Under the pieces are notes generated by a model, which did no database searches, had not been told where the DNA came from, and saw nothing but the letters and a program-made list of their open reading frames with translations. A stretch of 64,000 nucleotides of DNA. Origin: an uncultured Planctomycetota bacterium (lineage in GTDB: Bacteria; Planctomycetota; Planctomycetia; Isosphaerales; Isosphaeraceae). Positions 40,207 through 49,515 of the stretch are shown here, one piece after another (the first letter of the stretch is position 1; each line of letters opens with the position of its first letter). A program made the position numbers and the translations under genes. The stretch spans positions 194,902 to 258,901 of the forward strand of contig CAVUNQ010000028.1 of assembly GCA_963742885.1 (NCBI GenBank), in the 5' to 3' direction.

Positions 40207-43200
40207 TCAGGGCGGGCCGACGGCCGTGGCCGCCCAGCCCGCATAATAAGCCATCCCGGGATAATCGCGGACGAAGCCCAGCTCGGCCATCCGGCCGGCC
40301 ATGGGGCCCTCCGCCGCGGGTATACCATTATACAATTCGACCTTGAGGATGCGTTGACCTGGGCCGGTTAAGGTCGGGAGAAGCTTCAGTGCAGAATCGA
40401 TGGCCGCCGGGGACGCCCAGGGCAGTCCGGTCAAGCGCTTGCCGTAAGATTCGACGATCAGGACGGGCCGCCCGTCACAAATCGCCAGGAAATTGCCGGC
40501 GACCCGGGGCAGCCTGGCCGAACCCCCGTCGAGCAGCTCGACGTCCAGGGGCGCGCCGGCACCGTAAAGATTGGCCGGGTCGAGCGTCGAGATCAGAATG
40601 ATTGGAGACGAAGGCATCGTGGCACGGGCATCCTGCCCGTGGTCTTTATTCACGGCCTGGAAGGCCGGGCCACGCGGATTCACGGCCTGGAAGGCCGGGC
40701 CACGCGGATTCACGGCCTGGAAGGCCGGGCCACGCGGATTCACGGCCTGGAAGGCCGGGCCACCCTGGTGATGGGCCGCGAGCCGGGCGAGCTCGGCGGC
40801 GGCCTCCTCGGTGGCGTACTGGACCCCGGAAAGGCCCTCCACGAAGTAGCCGCGGCGGATCTCGCCGCGCCACTCGGCACGGGCCAGGAGAGGGGCCAGC
40901 TCGGCCCAGCCGGGAGATGAGGGCTCCGTCGCGACGACCTCGCGGCTGAGCACGCCGTACCGATCCAGCAACGCGCCGGCCCAGGCGAGCCGACGGGCTT
41001 CGGGATCGGCCGGCGGGGGATTCAGGCGCGACCAGCGGCCCTCGGCCTGGCCGGCGATCGAGCGCCGCGACCGGATCCGCAGCGATCGGCCGCCATCGCG
41101 TTCGCGAGACGCCTCGGCCAGGGCCGTGAGCGTCGGGTCGTTCCCGGTCCGCATCGGGTCGAAGCGGTCGTTGGTCGCCAGTCCGCGCCCCGAGAGCTCG
41201 ATCAGCGCCCGCCGCACCCGCGATGGCTCGATGCCCGCGGCCCGCGCCAGCTCGGTCGCGAAGCTCGCCCCCATGCGCCCGAGCAGCTCGAGGACGCGGC
41301 CCTCGTCTGCCCCGAGCTCGCCGGGCTCGATCGTCGCTTCGGTCAGTCCCGCGAAGTCCCGCCCGAAGAAGGCGACCCGCGGCTCGCCCCGCGCCGATCC
41401 CTCCGCCCGCCAGAGCCACGAGCCGCGGCCCAGGACGTCATCGAGCCACGCCGGCCGGTAGCCCTTCACGCGACGCGACAGGACATCCGCCTCCCAGTGC
41501 CGCGCCGGCATCCCGCAGCCCTGGAGCTGCTCCAGCACCGCCTCGACGAACGCCGAGCCCTCCCCTCGCGTCGACGGATGCACGTACTGCCGCCGCAGGA
41601 CGAAGTCGGCGAAGACCTCGGGGGCGACGGCCAGGCTCTCCCGCCTGCGGACCGCCACGGTGACGCGGCGCATCTCCGCCAGGTTGTCGCGCCCGGCCCA
41701 CCGGTCGGCGCCTGGATCGTCCGGATCGCCCAGCCGGACCGCCTTCCCTTCCCCGGCCCACCGCTCGAGCAGCTCGAGCGCCTCGACCGGTTCGATCGGA
41801 TAGCGGGCCGTGAGATCGGCCAGGCCGATCAGGGCATGATTTCGCAGGAATCGCTCGATGATCTCCGCACGGGCCTGATCAGACGTTGCGCCATCGTTGA
41901 CGGGTGGCATGCCCGCGAAGGCCGCGCGGTAGAGCGACACCTCTTCCGCCGAGATCCAGCGCCTGGGGTCGGTGGTCCCCGGAAGGTCGATCGCGACGGC
42001 CCTGCCGGCACGCTCCAGCTCGTACAGGAACGAAGCCATAGGGCCGACGACTTCGGCCCCGGTCAGGTCGCCGAGCAGGCGGAGGTATTCGGCCATCTCT
42101 TCCGCGGTGCGCGGGGGCCGGGACGATTGCCGGAGGCGGCTATCGACCCGCCCGATCGCCTGGGGGTCAAGCCAGCCGGGATCGGTGGACATGCCGTCGC
42201 GGAGCAGCGGTCCGAGCAGGTTCTCATCGACCACGGCCGACGCCGGCTTGCGGTCGCTCGTCTTCGGCTCGTCCCACGAGTAGATGTAGGCCGCGGTCAG
42301 GGCGAAGATCAGCTCGGAGGTCATGGGCGAGGGGAGCTCGCCGAGGCGGCGGACGACCCGGATCGATCCGGCCTGGACGGCGTCGAGGAAGCCGCGGAGT
42401 CTCGGCAGGTCGAGGTCCTCGTCGAGGCATTCGCGGAAGGTCTCGAGCACGATGGGGAAATCCGGGAACTGCCGGGCGACCTCGAGCAGATCCTTGGCGC
42501 GGAGCCTCTGGAGCCAGAGCGGCGTGCGCTTGGCTGGGTCGGGGCGCGGCATGAGGAGGGCCCTGGCGGCGTTCTGGCGGAACCGCAGGCCGAAGAGCGC
42601 GGTCTCGGGCAGCTCCTCGCGGATCAATTCCTCCGCGAGTGCGCCGGTCAGGCCGTCGAAGAGGTCGAGCGGGGGCTCTTCGAGATTGGGCAGGCGGAAG
42701 AGGAGGCCGGCGTCGAGGTGCAGGCAGGCGGGGGTCACTGCGAGCCGTCGTCGGATGCGCGCCAGCAGGGCGATCTTCAGTCCGAGGTGCAACTTGCCGC
42801 CGAACGGCGTGAGCACGGCCAGGCCGAGCTCGCCGGCCTGGTCGCGGAACCCTTCGATCAGGATCGTGCGGTCGTCCGGGATGGCCCCGCCGAGCCGTTG
42901 CTGGCGGCCGAGGAACTGCACGAGCATCCGGGCGGCCGTCGGCTCGAGCCGGCACTCCCGCTCCAGCCACGGTAGGATCTTCTCCGGCTCATCCAGCCGG
43001 CCGGCGATCTCCCGGCTGAGCGCGCCGACGGCCTCGCCCAGCTCGGGCGAGCACGAGGCCGCCTCGCCGTGCCAGAACGGCATCACACCCGGCTGGCCCT
43101 CGGCCCGGCTGACCAGCACGCGATGCGGCTCGATGGCGTCGATCCGCCAGGCCGCGTTCCCCAGCATGAAGGTCTCGCCCACTCGCCGCTCGAAGACGAA

Positions 43201-44865
43201 TTCCTCGTCCAGCTCCCCCAGCCGTGGGCCGCCGTCGCCCAGGTACACCGGGTACTGGCCTGTGTCGGGGATCGTCCCGCCGCCGACCAGAGCGAGATGG
43301 GCCGTCCCGGGCAGTGCGGCCAGTCGGTTGTGGATCGGGTCCCAGGCGACCCGGGCGCGGAGGTCCCGCAGCCCCGGGCTGGGGAATCGGCCGGAGACCA
43401 GCCTCAGTACGCTCTCGAACGCCGGCGCCGTGAGGTCCCGGTAGGGATAGGCGGACCGCACGAGGTCGAATAGCGCCTTGACGTCCCACGGCTCGACCGC
43501 GACGCACGCGACCACCTGCTGTGCCAGGACGTCCAGGCATCCCCGGGGCACGCGCAGGTGCTCGATGCGGCCCTCGAGCATCGCTCGGCAGAGAGCGGCC
43601 GATTCCAGCAGGTCCGACGGGGTCTTGGCGATCAGCCGGCCCCGGCTGGTCCCTTGGACCACATGCCCGGCTCGGCCGACCCTCTGGAGCCCCCGCGCCA
43701 CGCTCCCGGGCGATTCCACCTGGCAGACCAGGTTGACCGCACCCATGTCGATGCCCAGCTCCAGCGAGGCCGTTGCCACCACGGCCGCCAGCTCGCCTTG
43801 CTTCAACGCCTGCTCGGTCGCCCTCCGCTCCTCCAGGCTCAGGCTGCCGTGATGGGCGCGGAAGGACCGGTACGCATCGTCGTCCCGAGGATGTGGCACG
43901 GGCATCTTGCCCGTAGGCTCATCCGACACGGGCTGGAAGCCCGTGCCACTTGCCGACTCGTTGAGCCTCGCGGTGAGCTTCTCGACCGTCCGCCGGTTAT
44001 TCGTGAAGATGATCGTCGAGCGGTGCTGTTCCACGAGCTTCGCCAACCTGTCCTCGATGGCCGGCCAGATCGTGCCGGGCTCGGGCAGCCGATCGGGACT
44101 CGCGGGCCAGATGACGCTCAGGTCGAGGTCGCGTCGCCAGCCCGCGTCGACGATGGTCACGGGCCGGTGCTCGAACGATCCATCGGGCGTCCGCCGGAGT
44201 CCGCCGAGGTAGCGGGCGACCTCCTCGAGCGGCCGCTGGGTGGCCGAGAGGCCGATCCGGACGAATCCCGCCGGATTGATCGCCTCCAGCCGCTCCAGCA
44301 ACAGGGCGAGGAACACGCCGCGCTTGTTGCCGCAGACGGCGTGGATCTCGTCGACGACCACGTGCGAGACCCCTCGCAGGATTCCCCTGGCCCGGCTGGT
44401 CAGCATCAGGTGGAGTGATTCGGGCGTGGTGATCAGGATGTCGGGGGGCCGGCGCACCATCCTCGCCCGCTCCGCGTTCGGCGTATCGCCGCTGCGGATG
44501 CCGACCGTCAAGGGAGGAAGCGGCATCCTCGTCGCGCGCGAGTGCTCGAGGATCCCATCGAGGGGAAACCGCAGGTTCTGCCCGACATCCTGGTTGAGGG
44601 CCTTCAGCGGCGAGATATAGAGGATCCGGACCCCCTTCTCGACCCGTGGCGTCCGCCACAGGTGGTCGAGAGCGGCCAGGAAGGCGGCCAGGGTCTTCCC
44701 CGAGCCGGTCGGGGCGACGATCAGGGTGTGCTCCCCGGCCGCGATCGCCGGCCATCCCATCCGCTGCGGAGGCGTCGGCTCCCCGAACTGCTCGCGGAAC
44801 CACGACGCGACGGACGGGTGGAACCGCTCGAGCACGTCGCCCGCACCCTCGTTGCCGCGATTCAT
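40207..44865 (-). CDS. lhr: ATP-dependent DNA helicase Lhr (full-length, about 1550 aa, SF2 DEAH-like core + long C-terminal extension)
   Basis: One continuous frame with no interruption. The N-terminus FHPSVASWFREQFGEPTPPQRMGWPAIAAGEHTLIVAPTGSGKTLAAF (motif I), VVVDEIHAV (motif II), SAT (motif III), and a helicase C-lobe with QRVGRAGH (motif VI) are present. The winged-helix/domain 4 and a ~700-aa C-terminal region are typical of long Lhr. A start at 44865 (MNRGNEG) is assumed; the upstream 190 codons of the track ORF look non-coding. Confidence 0.85.
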   Translation of the reverse strand: MNRGNEGAGDVLERFHPSVASWFREQFGEPTPPQRMGWPAIAAGEHTLIVAPTGSGKTLAAFLAALDHLWRTPRVEKGVRILYISPLKALNQDVGQNLRFPLDGILEHSRATRMPLPPLTVGIRSGDTPNAERARMVRRPPDILITTPESLHLMLTSRARGILRGVSHVVVDEIHAVCGNKRGVFLALLLERLEAINPAGFVRIGLSATQRPLEEVARYLGGLRRTPDGSFEHRPVTIVDAGWRRDLDLSVIWPASPDRLPEPGTIWPAIEDRLAKLVEQHRSTIIFTNNRRTVEKLTARLNESASGTGFQPVSDEPTGKMPVPHPRDDDAYRSFRAHHGSLSLEERRATEQALKQGELAAVVATASLELGIDMGAVNLVCQVESPGSVARGLQRVGRAGHVVQGTSRGRLIAKTPSDLLESAALCRAMLEGRIEHLRVPRGCLDVLAQQVVACVAVEPWDVKALFDLVRSAYPYRDLTAPAFESVLRLVSGRFPSPGLRDLRARVAWDPIHNRLAALPGTAHLALVGGGTIPDTGQYPVYLGDGGPRLGELDEEFVFERRVGETFMLGNAAWRIDAIEPHRVLVSRAEGQPGVMPFWHGEAASCSPELGEAVGALSREIAGRLDEPEKILPWLERECRLEPTAARMLVQFLGRQQRLGGAIPDDRTILIEGFRDQAGELGLAVLTPFGGKLHLGLKIALLARIRRRLAVTPACLHLDAGLLFRLPNLEEPPLDLFDGLTGALAEELIREELPETALFGLRFRQNAARALLMPRPDPAKRTPLWLQRLRAKDLLEVARQFPDFPIVLETFRECLDEDLDLPRLRGFLDAVQAGSIRVVRRLGELPSPMTSELIFALTAAYIYSWDEPKTSDRKPASAVVDENLLGPLLRDGMSTDPGWLDPQAIGRVDSRLRQSSRPPRTAEEMAEYLRLLGDLTGAEVVGPMASFLYELERAGRAVAIDLPGTTDPRRWISAEEVSLYRAAFAGMPPVNDGATSDQARAEIIERFLRNHALIGLADLTARYPIEPVEALELLERWAGEGKAVRLGDPDDPGADRWAGRDNLAEMRRVTVAVRRRESLAVAPEVFADFVLRRQYVHPSTRGEGSAFVEAVLEQLQGCGMPARHWEADVLSRRVKGYRPAWLDDVLGRGSWLWRAEGSARGEPRVAFFGRDFAGLTEATIEPGELGADEGRVLELLGRMGASFATELARAAGIEPSRVRRALIELSGRGLATNDRFDPMRTGNDPTLTALAEASRERDGGRSLRIRSRRSIAGQAEGRWSRLNPPPADPEARRLAWAGALLDRYGVLSREVVATEPSSPGWAELAPLLARAEWRGEIRRGYFVEGLSGVQYATEEAAAELARLAAHHQGGPAFQAVNPRGPAFQAVNPRGPAFQAVNPRGPAFQAVNKDHGQDARATMPSSPIILISTLDPANLYGAGAPLDVELLDGGSARLPRVAGNFLAICDGRPVLIVESYGKRLTGLPWASPAAIDSALKLLPTLTGPGQRILKVELYNGIPAAEGPMAGRMAELGFVRDYPGMAYYAGWAATAVGPP
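40648..40763. repeat. Perfect 30-bp tandem repeat (about 3.8 copies of cacggcctggaaggccgggccacgcggatt) inside the lhr coding sequence
   Basis: Read directly: identical units at 40651-40680, 40681-40710 and 40711-40740, plus a partial copy 40741-40763. Because the period is 30 nt it is in-frame and encodes (GPAFQAVNPR)x3.8 in the Lhr C-terminal extension. Confidence 0.9.
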
Positions 44866-45096
44866 GGGTGAGAAGACCCCCGGTAACGCCCATCCGATCC
44901 CAGACTCATTCCACCCATTTTCGCCGGAGAAGTGCGCCCCCGCAAGGCTCCTTCTATACATTCGTCTATGAGCAGAGCCTCGGTCCTTTGTAATCATTCG
45001 GCTCTGCTCGGTAATTGCTACAATGGCCGTCGCATTCGTCTCGTTCCTGGCCGATAAGACTCTCGTCGACACGGGATGAAGGGTTCGGAGGATTCC

Positions 45097-45852
45097 ATGA
45101 GCACGGTCACCAGGCAGAAGCCGTCGAAGGCGCGAGTCGTGGCCAAGCCCGCGATCGAGATTCCGGATCGAAGCGCCGGGGAGACGCGGATCGCGATCCG
45201 CGGGGTCGAGTGGAAGGTCTACGACCTGCTCTCGGATGCGGTGGGCGAAGGGCAGCACATTCGGATGGCTTACGACGGCAAGGACCTGGAGATCATGACC
45301 ACGGGCCGCATTCACGAATATTTCAAGGATCTCTTCGGTCAGTTCGTCGTATTCGTATGCAACGAACTGGGGATTCGCCGCAGCCCCGTCGGAGAGACGA
45401 CCTGGAAACGGCCCGAACTTTCGCGTGGCCTGGAGGCCGATCAATGTTATTACTTCTTGCCCGCGAAGCTGGCCGCTGATGCACGATCGCGGGCCCTCGG
45501 CTCGATGGATATCGCCGATTATCCCAACCCGGACCTGGCGATCGAGGTCGACATCTCACAGCCCGAGATCGACCGGGAGAGTATCTACGAGAGCTTGCGA
45601 GTCGCCGAGATCTGGCGGTTTGACGGGCGTGAAGTGACGATCCAGCAACTCGGGCCGGACGGGACCTACGTTTGCGCGGAAATGAGCCGGTTCCTGCCGA
45701 TCAAGGCCGTCGAGATTCGACGGTGGATACTGGAAGAAGATTCGAACGACCAGGAATCATGGTCCCGCCGGCTACGGACCTGGCTGCGGAGGATCTCCAG
45801 GACACGTAGACCGCAGGCAAAGCGTCCCCGGCGACGCAAGAACGACGCCTGA
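45097..45852 (+). CDS. Uma2-family (DUF820) putative restriction-endonuclease-like protein
   Basis: The fold signature ...DLEIMTTG..H..........(acidic)...NPDLAIEVDISQPEIDRESIYESLRVAEIWRFDGREVTIQQL resembles PD-(D/E)xK Uma2 proteins. It is divergent from lhr. GC is lower (about 58% by eye). An alternative start lies at 45076. Confidence 0.55.
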   Translation: MSTVTRQKPSKARVVAKPAIEIPDRSAGETRIAIRGVEWKVYDLLSDAVGEGQHIRMAYDGKDLEIMTTGRIHEYFKDLFGQFVVFVCNELGIRRSPVGETTWKRPELSRGLEADQCYYFLPAKLAADARSRALGSMDIADYPNPDLAIEVDISQPEIDRESIYESLRVAEIWRFDGREVTIQQLGPDGTYVCAEMSRFLPIKAVEIRRWILEEDSNDQESWSRRLRTWLRRISRTRRPQAKRPRRRKNDA

Positions 45853-45902
45853 GTCAGTGGTCTGGATGTCCTTAACACGGTGCGAGAAGCCGATCGATGA
45901 GC

Positions 45903-46115
45903 CTACGCGCCCTCATGCAGAGCCTGCCCGATCATCGAGCGGAGGATCTGTCCGACACTCTGCCGGCGTTCTCGCGAGAGCTCGATCAGCTCGTTCGCCC
46001 ACTCGGAAGGCAAAAGAAGGCTGATCTCGACCACATCGTCCGGGCAGGCATTGCCCAGAGTTGCAGCAGCGATGTTCTGCATCGGGGCAGTCGGGGGTGT
46101 CAAGGCGATCATTGA
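45903..46115 (-). CDS. Possible small RHH/CopG-like protein (speculative)
   Basis: The ~70-aa ORF ends ...LLLPSEWANELIELSRERRQSVGQILRSMIGQALHEGA, resembling RHH antitoxin/regulator helices. No obvious partner gene. Low confidence. Confidence 0.25.
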   Translation of the reverse strand, partial: SMIALTPPTAPMQNIAAATLGNACPDDVVEISLLLPSEWANELIELSRERRQSVGQILRSMIGQALHEGA

Positions 46116-46200
46116 CATGAGAAAAACCTCGGTCAATTCGGTCCAAGCCCTGGCTTTTATCGGGGCCGGCCCGCAATAAGGGCAAAAGGTAGGCCAACCT

Positions 46201-47570
46201 TCAGGACCGATTGAAGATAGCGATCAGGATGATCGCCAGGATTCCGACGACGATGGCGATCATGGCAAACTGGACAAGCCAGGCAGAATCATCATTTCGG
46301 GGGCGGGCGAGTTTGGAGGGCCTGGCGTCGCGGGGGGAGCGGCGCGGACCACCGCGGTGAGCGGCGGTGGGGGATTCTGGTGGCGTGGGGCGAAGGAAGG
46401 TTGGGGGTCTCCCAATTGTCGCAGGGAGACGGAGTCCCGGCTATCGGAATCGTCGAGGTCGAGGAGTCGGAGGTCGTCTTCGTCGAGTTCCGGGGGGGGC
46501 GGCCTGAAGCTGCGGGCGGCCTCGGCCTCGGCCCCCAGGATGGCGTGGACGCGGTGGGGATCGGTCCATCGGGCGAGGTCGGCGCGCAACTCGGCGCAGT
46601 CTTGATGCCGCTCCTCGGGCTTCTTGCTCATGAGCTTGCGGACGAGTGCGGCGAAGGCGGCCGGGACGCCGCGGGCGACCTGCTCCAGCGGCGGGGGGTC
46701 CTCCATCCGCTGCTTGAAGATCTTGTTGATCATGTCGCCGCCCTCGAACGGGGCCTTGCCGGCCAGGGCGAAATAGAGCGTGCAGCCGACGCTGTACAGG
46801 TCGCTGCGCCGGTCGGCCTTGGCGGCGTCACCGAGCTGCTCCGGGCTGGCGTAGTCGAGCGTGCCCAGGACGGTATTGGCGCGGGTGATCCCCTTCTCGT
46901 CGTCCAGCGCCCGGGCCAGGCCCAGGTCGAGCAGCTTCACGTCGCCGTCGGGGGTGATCATGACGTTGGACGGCTTGATGTCGCGATGGATCAGCCCGGC
47001 CTTGTGGGCGGCGTCGAGGCCGTCGACCAGCTTGAGGAACAGCCGGGCCGCGTCGGGGACCCGCAGCGGGCCGGCCCGCTTCCCCTTGACCATCTCGAAG
47101 AGGCTCTCGCCGGGGATGTACTCCATGACCATGAAGTGGACGTCGCCCTCGCTGCCGACGTCCAGGGTGCGGGCGATGTTGGGGTGCGAGCAGCGCCGGG
47201 AGAGGTCCATCTCGCGGCGGAAGCGCAATAGCGCGTTCTCGTCCTCCAGCGCCCGACGGGGCGGGAGAACCTTGATGGCGACCCGCTCGCCCCGGTCGTT
47301 CTCGGCCAGGTAGACCTTGCCCATGCCCCCCTCGCCCAGCGGGCGGAGCAGGCGATAGCCGCCGAGGATGAAGCCGCTGGTCCTGCCCGAGAGGATCTTG
47401 CGGGCCTGGAAGGTCGTGAGCCGCTTGTCCTGGATCAGCCGGCGGGCCAGGTGCAGCGCCGCATAGCCGGCCTCACCGGGCGGGAGCTCGGCGCGGGCCC
47501 GCGCCAGGACTTCCGCCGGGACCAGCCCCGACTTGACCACATTGGCCTCGAAGTCCTCCAGGCGGAGCAT
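46201..47570 (-). CDS. Ser/Thr protein kinase with N-terminal extension and C-terminal transmembrane tail (1 frameshift near the 3' end)
   Basis: Kinase motifs LGEGGMGKVYLA, VAIKVL, HRDIKPSNVMI, DLGLA, GTLDYASPEQ and DLYSVGCTLY are present. After the Pro-rich tail the listed frame ends ...SSLP at 46260. A +1 frame continues ...WLVQFAMIAIVVGILAIILIAIFNRS* to 46201, a hydrophobic C-terminal anchor. Confidence 0.8.
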
Positions 47571-47631
47571 GGTCGATAGACCCCGGTCGGGCCGAGGCAT
47601 CCAGGGATGAAGGATGACCGATCCTTGACGG

Positions 47632-48629
47632 TCACGCGGGCGCGCGGGGAATCTCGGGCTGGGCGACGGCGTGGATGATCAGGCAGGTGATGTTATCCTT
47701 GGAGTCGTTCGCCAGCGCCATGTCCTTGAGGATCACGGCGGCCTGCTGGGGGTCGTCGGTCGTGGCCAGGATCCGCCGCAGGTCGTCGTCGGGGACGACG
47801 CCGGTGAGCCCGTCGCTGGCCATGAGCAGCCGATCCCCCGGCCGGACGTCGAGGACGCGGACGTCCTCCGGGCCGCCTCTGGCATCCTTGCTGCCGAGGT
47901 AGAGGTACAGCACGTTCTTGAACTTGTGGGTCGGCAGCTCCTCGGCGGAGATCGTGCCGGCCTCGAGCAGGGCGTCGGCCAGCGAGTGGTCCTTGGTCAG
48001 GCGCTCCAGCCGGCCCTCGCGGAGGCGATAGGCCCGGGAGTCGCCGATCCCGGCCACGTACACCCGGTCGTTGCGGAACAGGGCCAGCACGACCGTCGTG
48101 CCCATGTTGGTGAATTCGGTGACCGCGCCGAGCTGCCCAGGATCTCCTGGTTGACCTCGGCCACGGCGTCGCGGATCCCTTCCTTCACACGGTTGGGCTC
48201 GTTGTCCTCGGGCGCCAGCCGGCGGGTGATCGCCCGGGGGATCAGCTCGACCGCCATCAGGCTGGCCTGCTCGCCGGCCTGCTGGCCGCCCATCCCGTCG
48301 GCCACGATGAAGAGGTTGGAGGGCTCGAGCGTCATGGCGGTCTGGTTGGCCTGGCTGTCGGAATTGCTGTCGTGCCGGACCGATCGCCGGCCGGGGACGA
48401 AATAGTTGTCCTCGTTGTGCTCGCGGTAGTTCCCCCGCACCGAGACCACCCCGACGCGCAGCTTGATCTGGCCGGGCAGCAGGGTGAACGACGAGAGGGT
48501 GGCGAATTCCTCGGTCGCCTCGGGATCGTCCCTGTCCCGCCGCCTGCCCAGGAGATGGCCCCACCAGATCCATATTCGCGAAAGCCAGCTCACCACACGT
48601 CCAACCTTTCGGGACCGACTTTGCCTCAC
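47632..48629 (-). CDS. PP2C-family Ser/Thr phosphatase (Stp-like), 1 frameshift
   Basis: The N-terminal half (ORF 47997..48629) contains VSVRGNYREHNEDN...FIVADGMGGQQAGEQAS. The C-terminal half (ORF 47632..48573) contains GTTVVLALFRNDRVYVAGIGDSRAYRL...LMASDGLTGVV...NDSKDNITCLIIH. The frame break is near 48120. It lies 61 nt upstream of the kinase. Confidence 0.75.
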
Positions 48630-48677
48630 CCTATTCTCATCCGCTCGACGCCGATCGGCGTCACCGACCGGGTCGCC

Positions 48678-49436
48678 TCACGCCCGGCCGTGCGCCGGGC
48701 TGGCCCAGCGCATCAGGTCGTCGACCCCGACGGAGCGATAGGTCATGAACAACTCACCCGCCTCGAACCCGGCCGTCAGGCCATGATACCGGTTCATCGT
48801 CTCGACGGCGCGGAAGATCCCGGCCTTGCTGGCGGGGAACTGCGTCTGATAGCAACGGATGGCCTCGAGCTTGACCTCCAGTGTTGGGCCGATGTCGGCG
48901 ATAATGTAACCGGACGCCTCGGGCAAATCCAACCCATGCAACGCGATCGGGAAGCTCAACTGGTTGTGGACCGTGTGCGTCGGCAGGCCGTCGAAGAACT
49001 CGTCCCACTTGGTCAGCCGGCTGTAGAAGACGGCCGCGTCGGTGAGGAGCATCGCCTGGTAATGATCGGGCGAGGCCAGCACGGTCTTCCCCCCGAAACC
49101 GATCACGACCTTGGGTCGGTGACGGCGGAAGACCTTGGCCAGCGCGATCCGCTCCTCGAAGCCGTCGAACAGCCGGCGATTGGGCAAGTTCAGGTTGATC
49201 CGCACCGCCACCCCGAGGACCTCGGCGGCCCTCGACGCCTCGGCCAGCCGGACATCCGGCCCGGGCGAGTGCGGCGTCGGCTCGCCATCGGTCAGATCGA
49301 CGATCCCTACAGCGTACCCTTTCCGCGCCAGCCGTGCCAGCGTGCCGCCGCAGGCGATCTCCACATCGTCGGGATGCGCGCCCACGGCGATCAGGTCGAG
49401 CTCGGGATCCAGCGACTCGGCCATGAACTTGTCCAC
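48678..49436 (-). CDS. PIG-L/LmbE-family N-acetylglucosaminyl deacetylase (BshB1-like)
   Basis: LDLIAVGAHPDDVEIACGGTLARLARKGYAVGIVDLTDGEPT...: the AHPDDxE zinc motif and length (~250 aa) fit LmbE-like deacetylases. The ORF is intact. Confidence 0.8.
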   Translation of the reverse strand: MDKFMAESLDPELDLIAVGAHPDDVEIACGGTLARLARKGYAVGIVDLTDGEPTPHSPGPDVRLAEASRAAEVLGVAVRINLNLPNRRLFDGFEERIALAKVFRRHRPKVVIGFGGKTVLASPDHYQAMLLTDAAVFYSRLTKWDEFFDGLPTHTVHNQLSFPIALHGLDLPEASGYIIADIGPTLEVKLEAIRCYQTQFPASKAGIFRAVETMNRYHGLTAGFEAGELFMTYRSVGVDDLMRWASPAHGRA

Positions 49437-49515
49437 CTCGCATGCCGGCGGGTGCTCCCCGCCGTCGAACCAATCTAGCCATCGCGTCGCCAGCCCACAA
49501 CCGGCAACCGGGGCG

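Noticed and set aside
40602-40949. Small plus-strand ORFs over the 30-bp tandem repeat (repetitive peptide translations); CRISPR array also considered
   Set aside because: Only one repeat family with no spacers is present, since the units are directly adjacent. The repeat is in-frame inside lhr on the minus strand, so it is neither a CRISPR array nor an independent gene.
44866-45444. First 193 codons of the 1745-aa lhr track ORF
   Set aside because: The translation upstream of MNRGNEG lacks Lhr N-terminal features and runs through an AT-rich promoter-like tract. The start is therefore placed at 44865.
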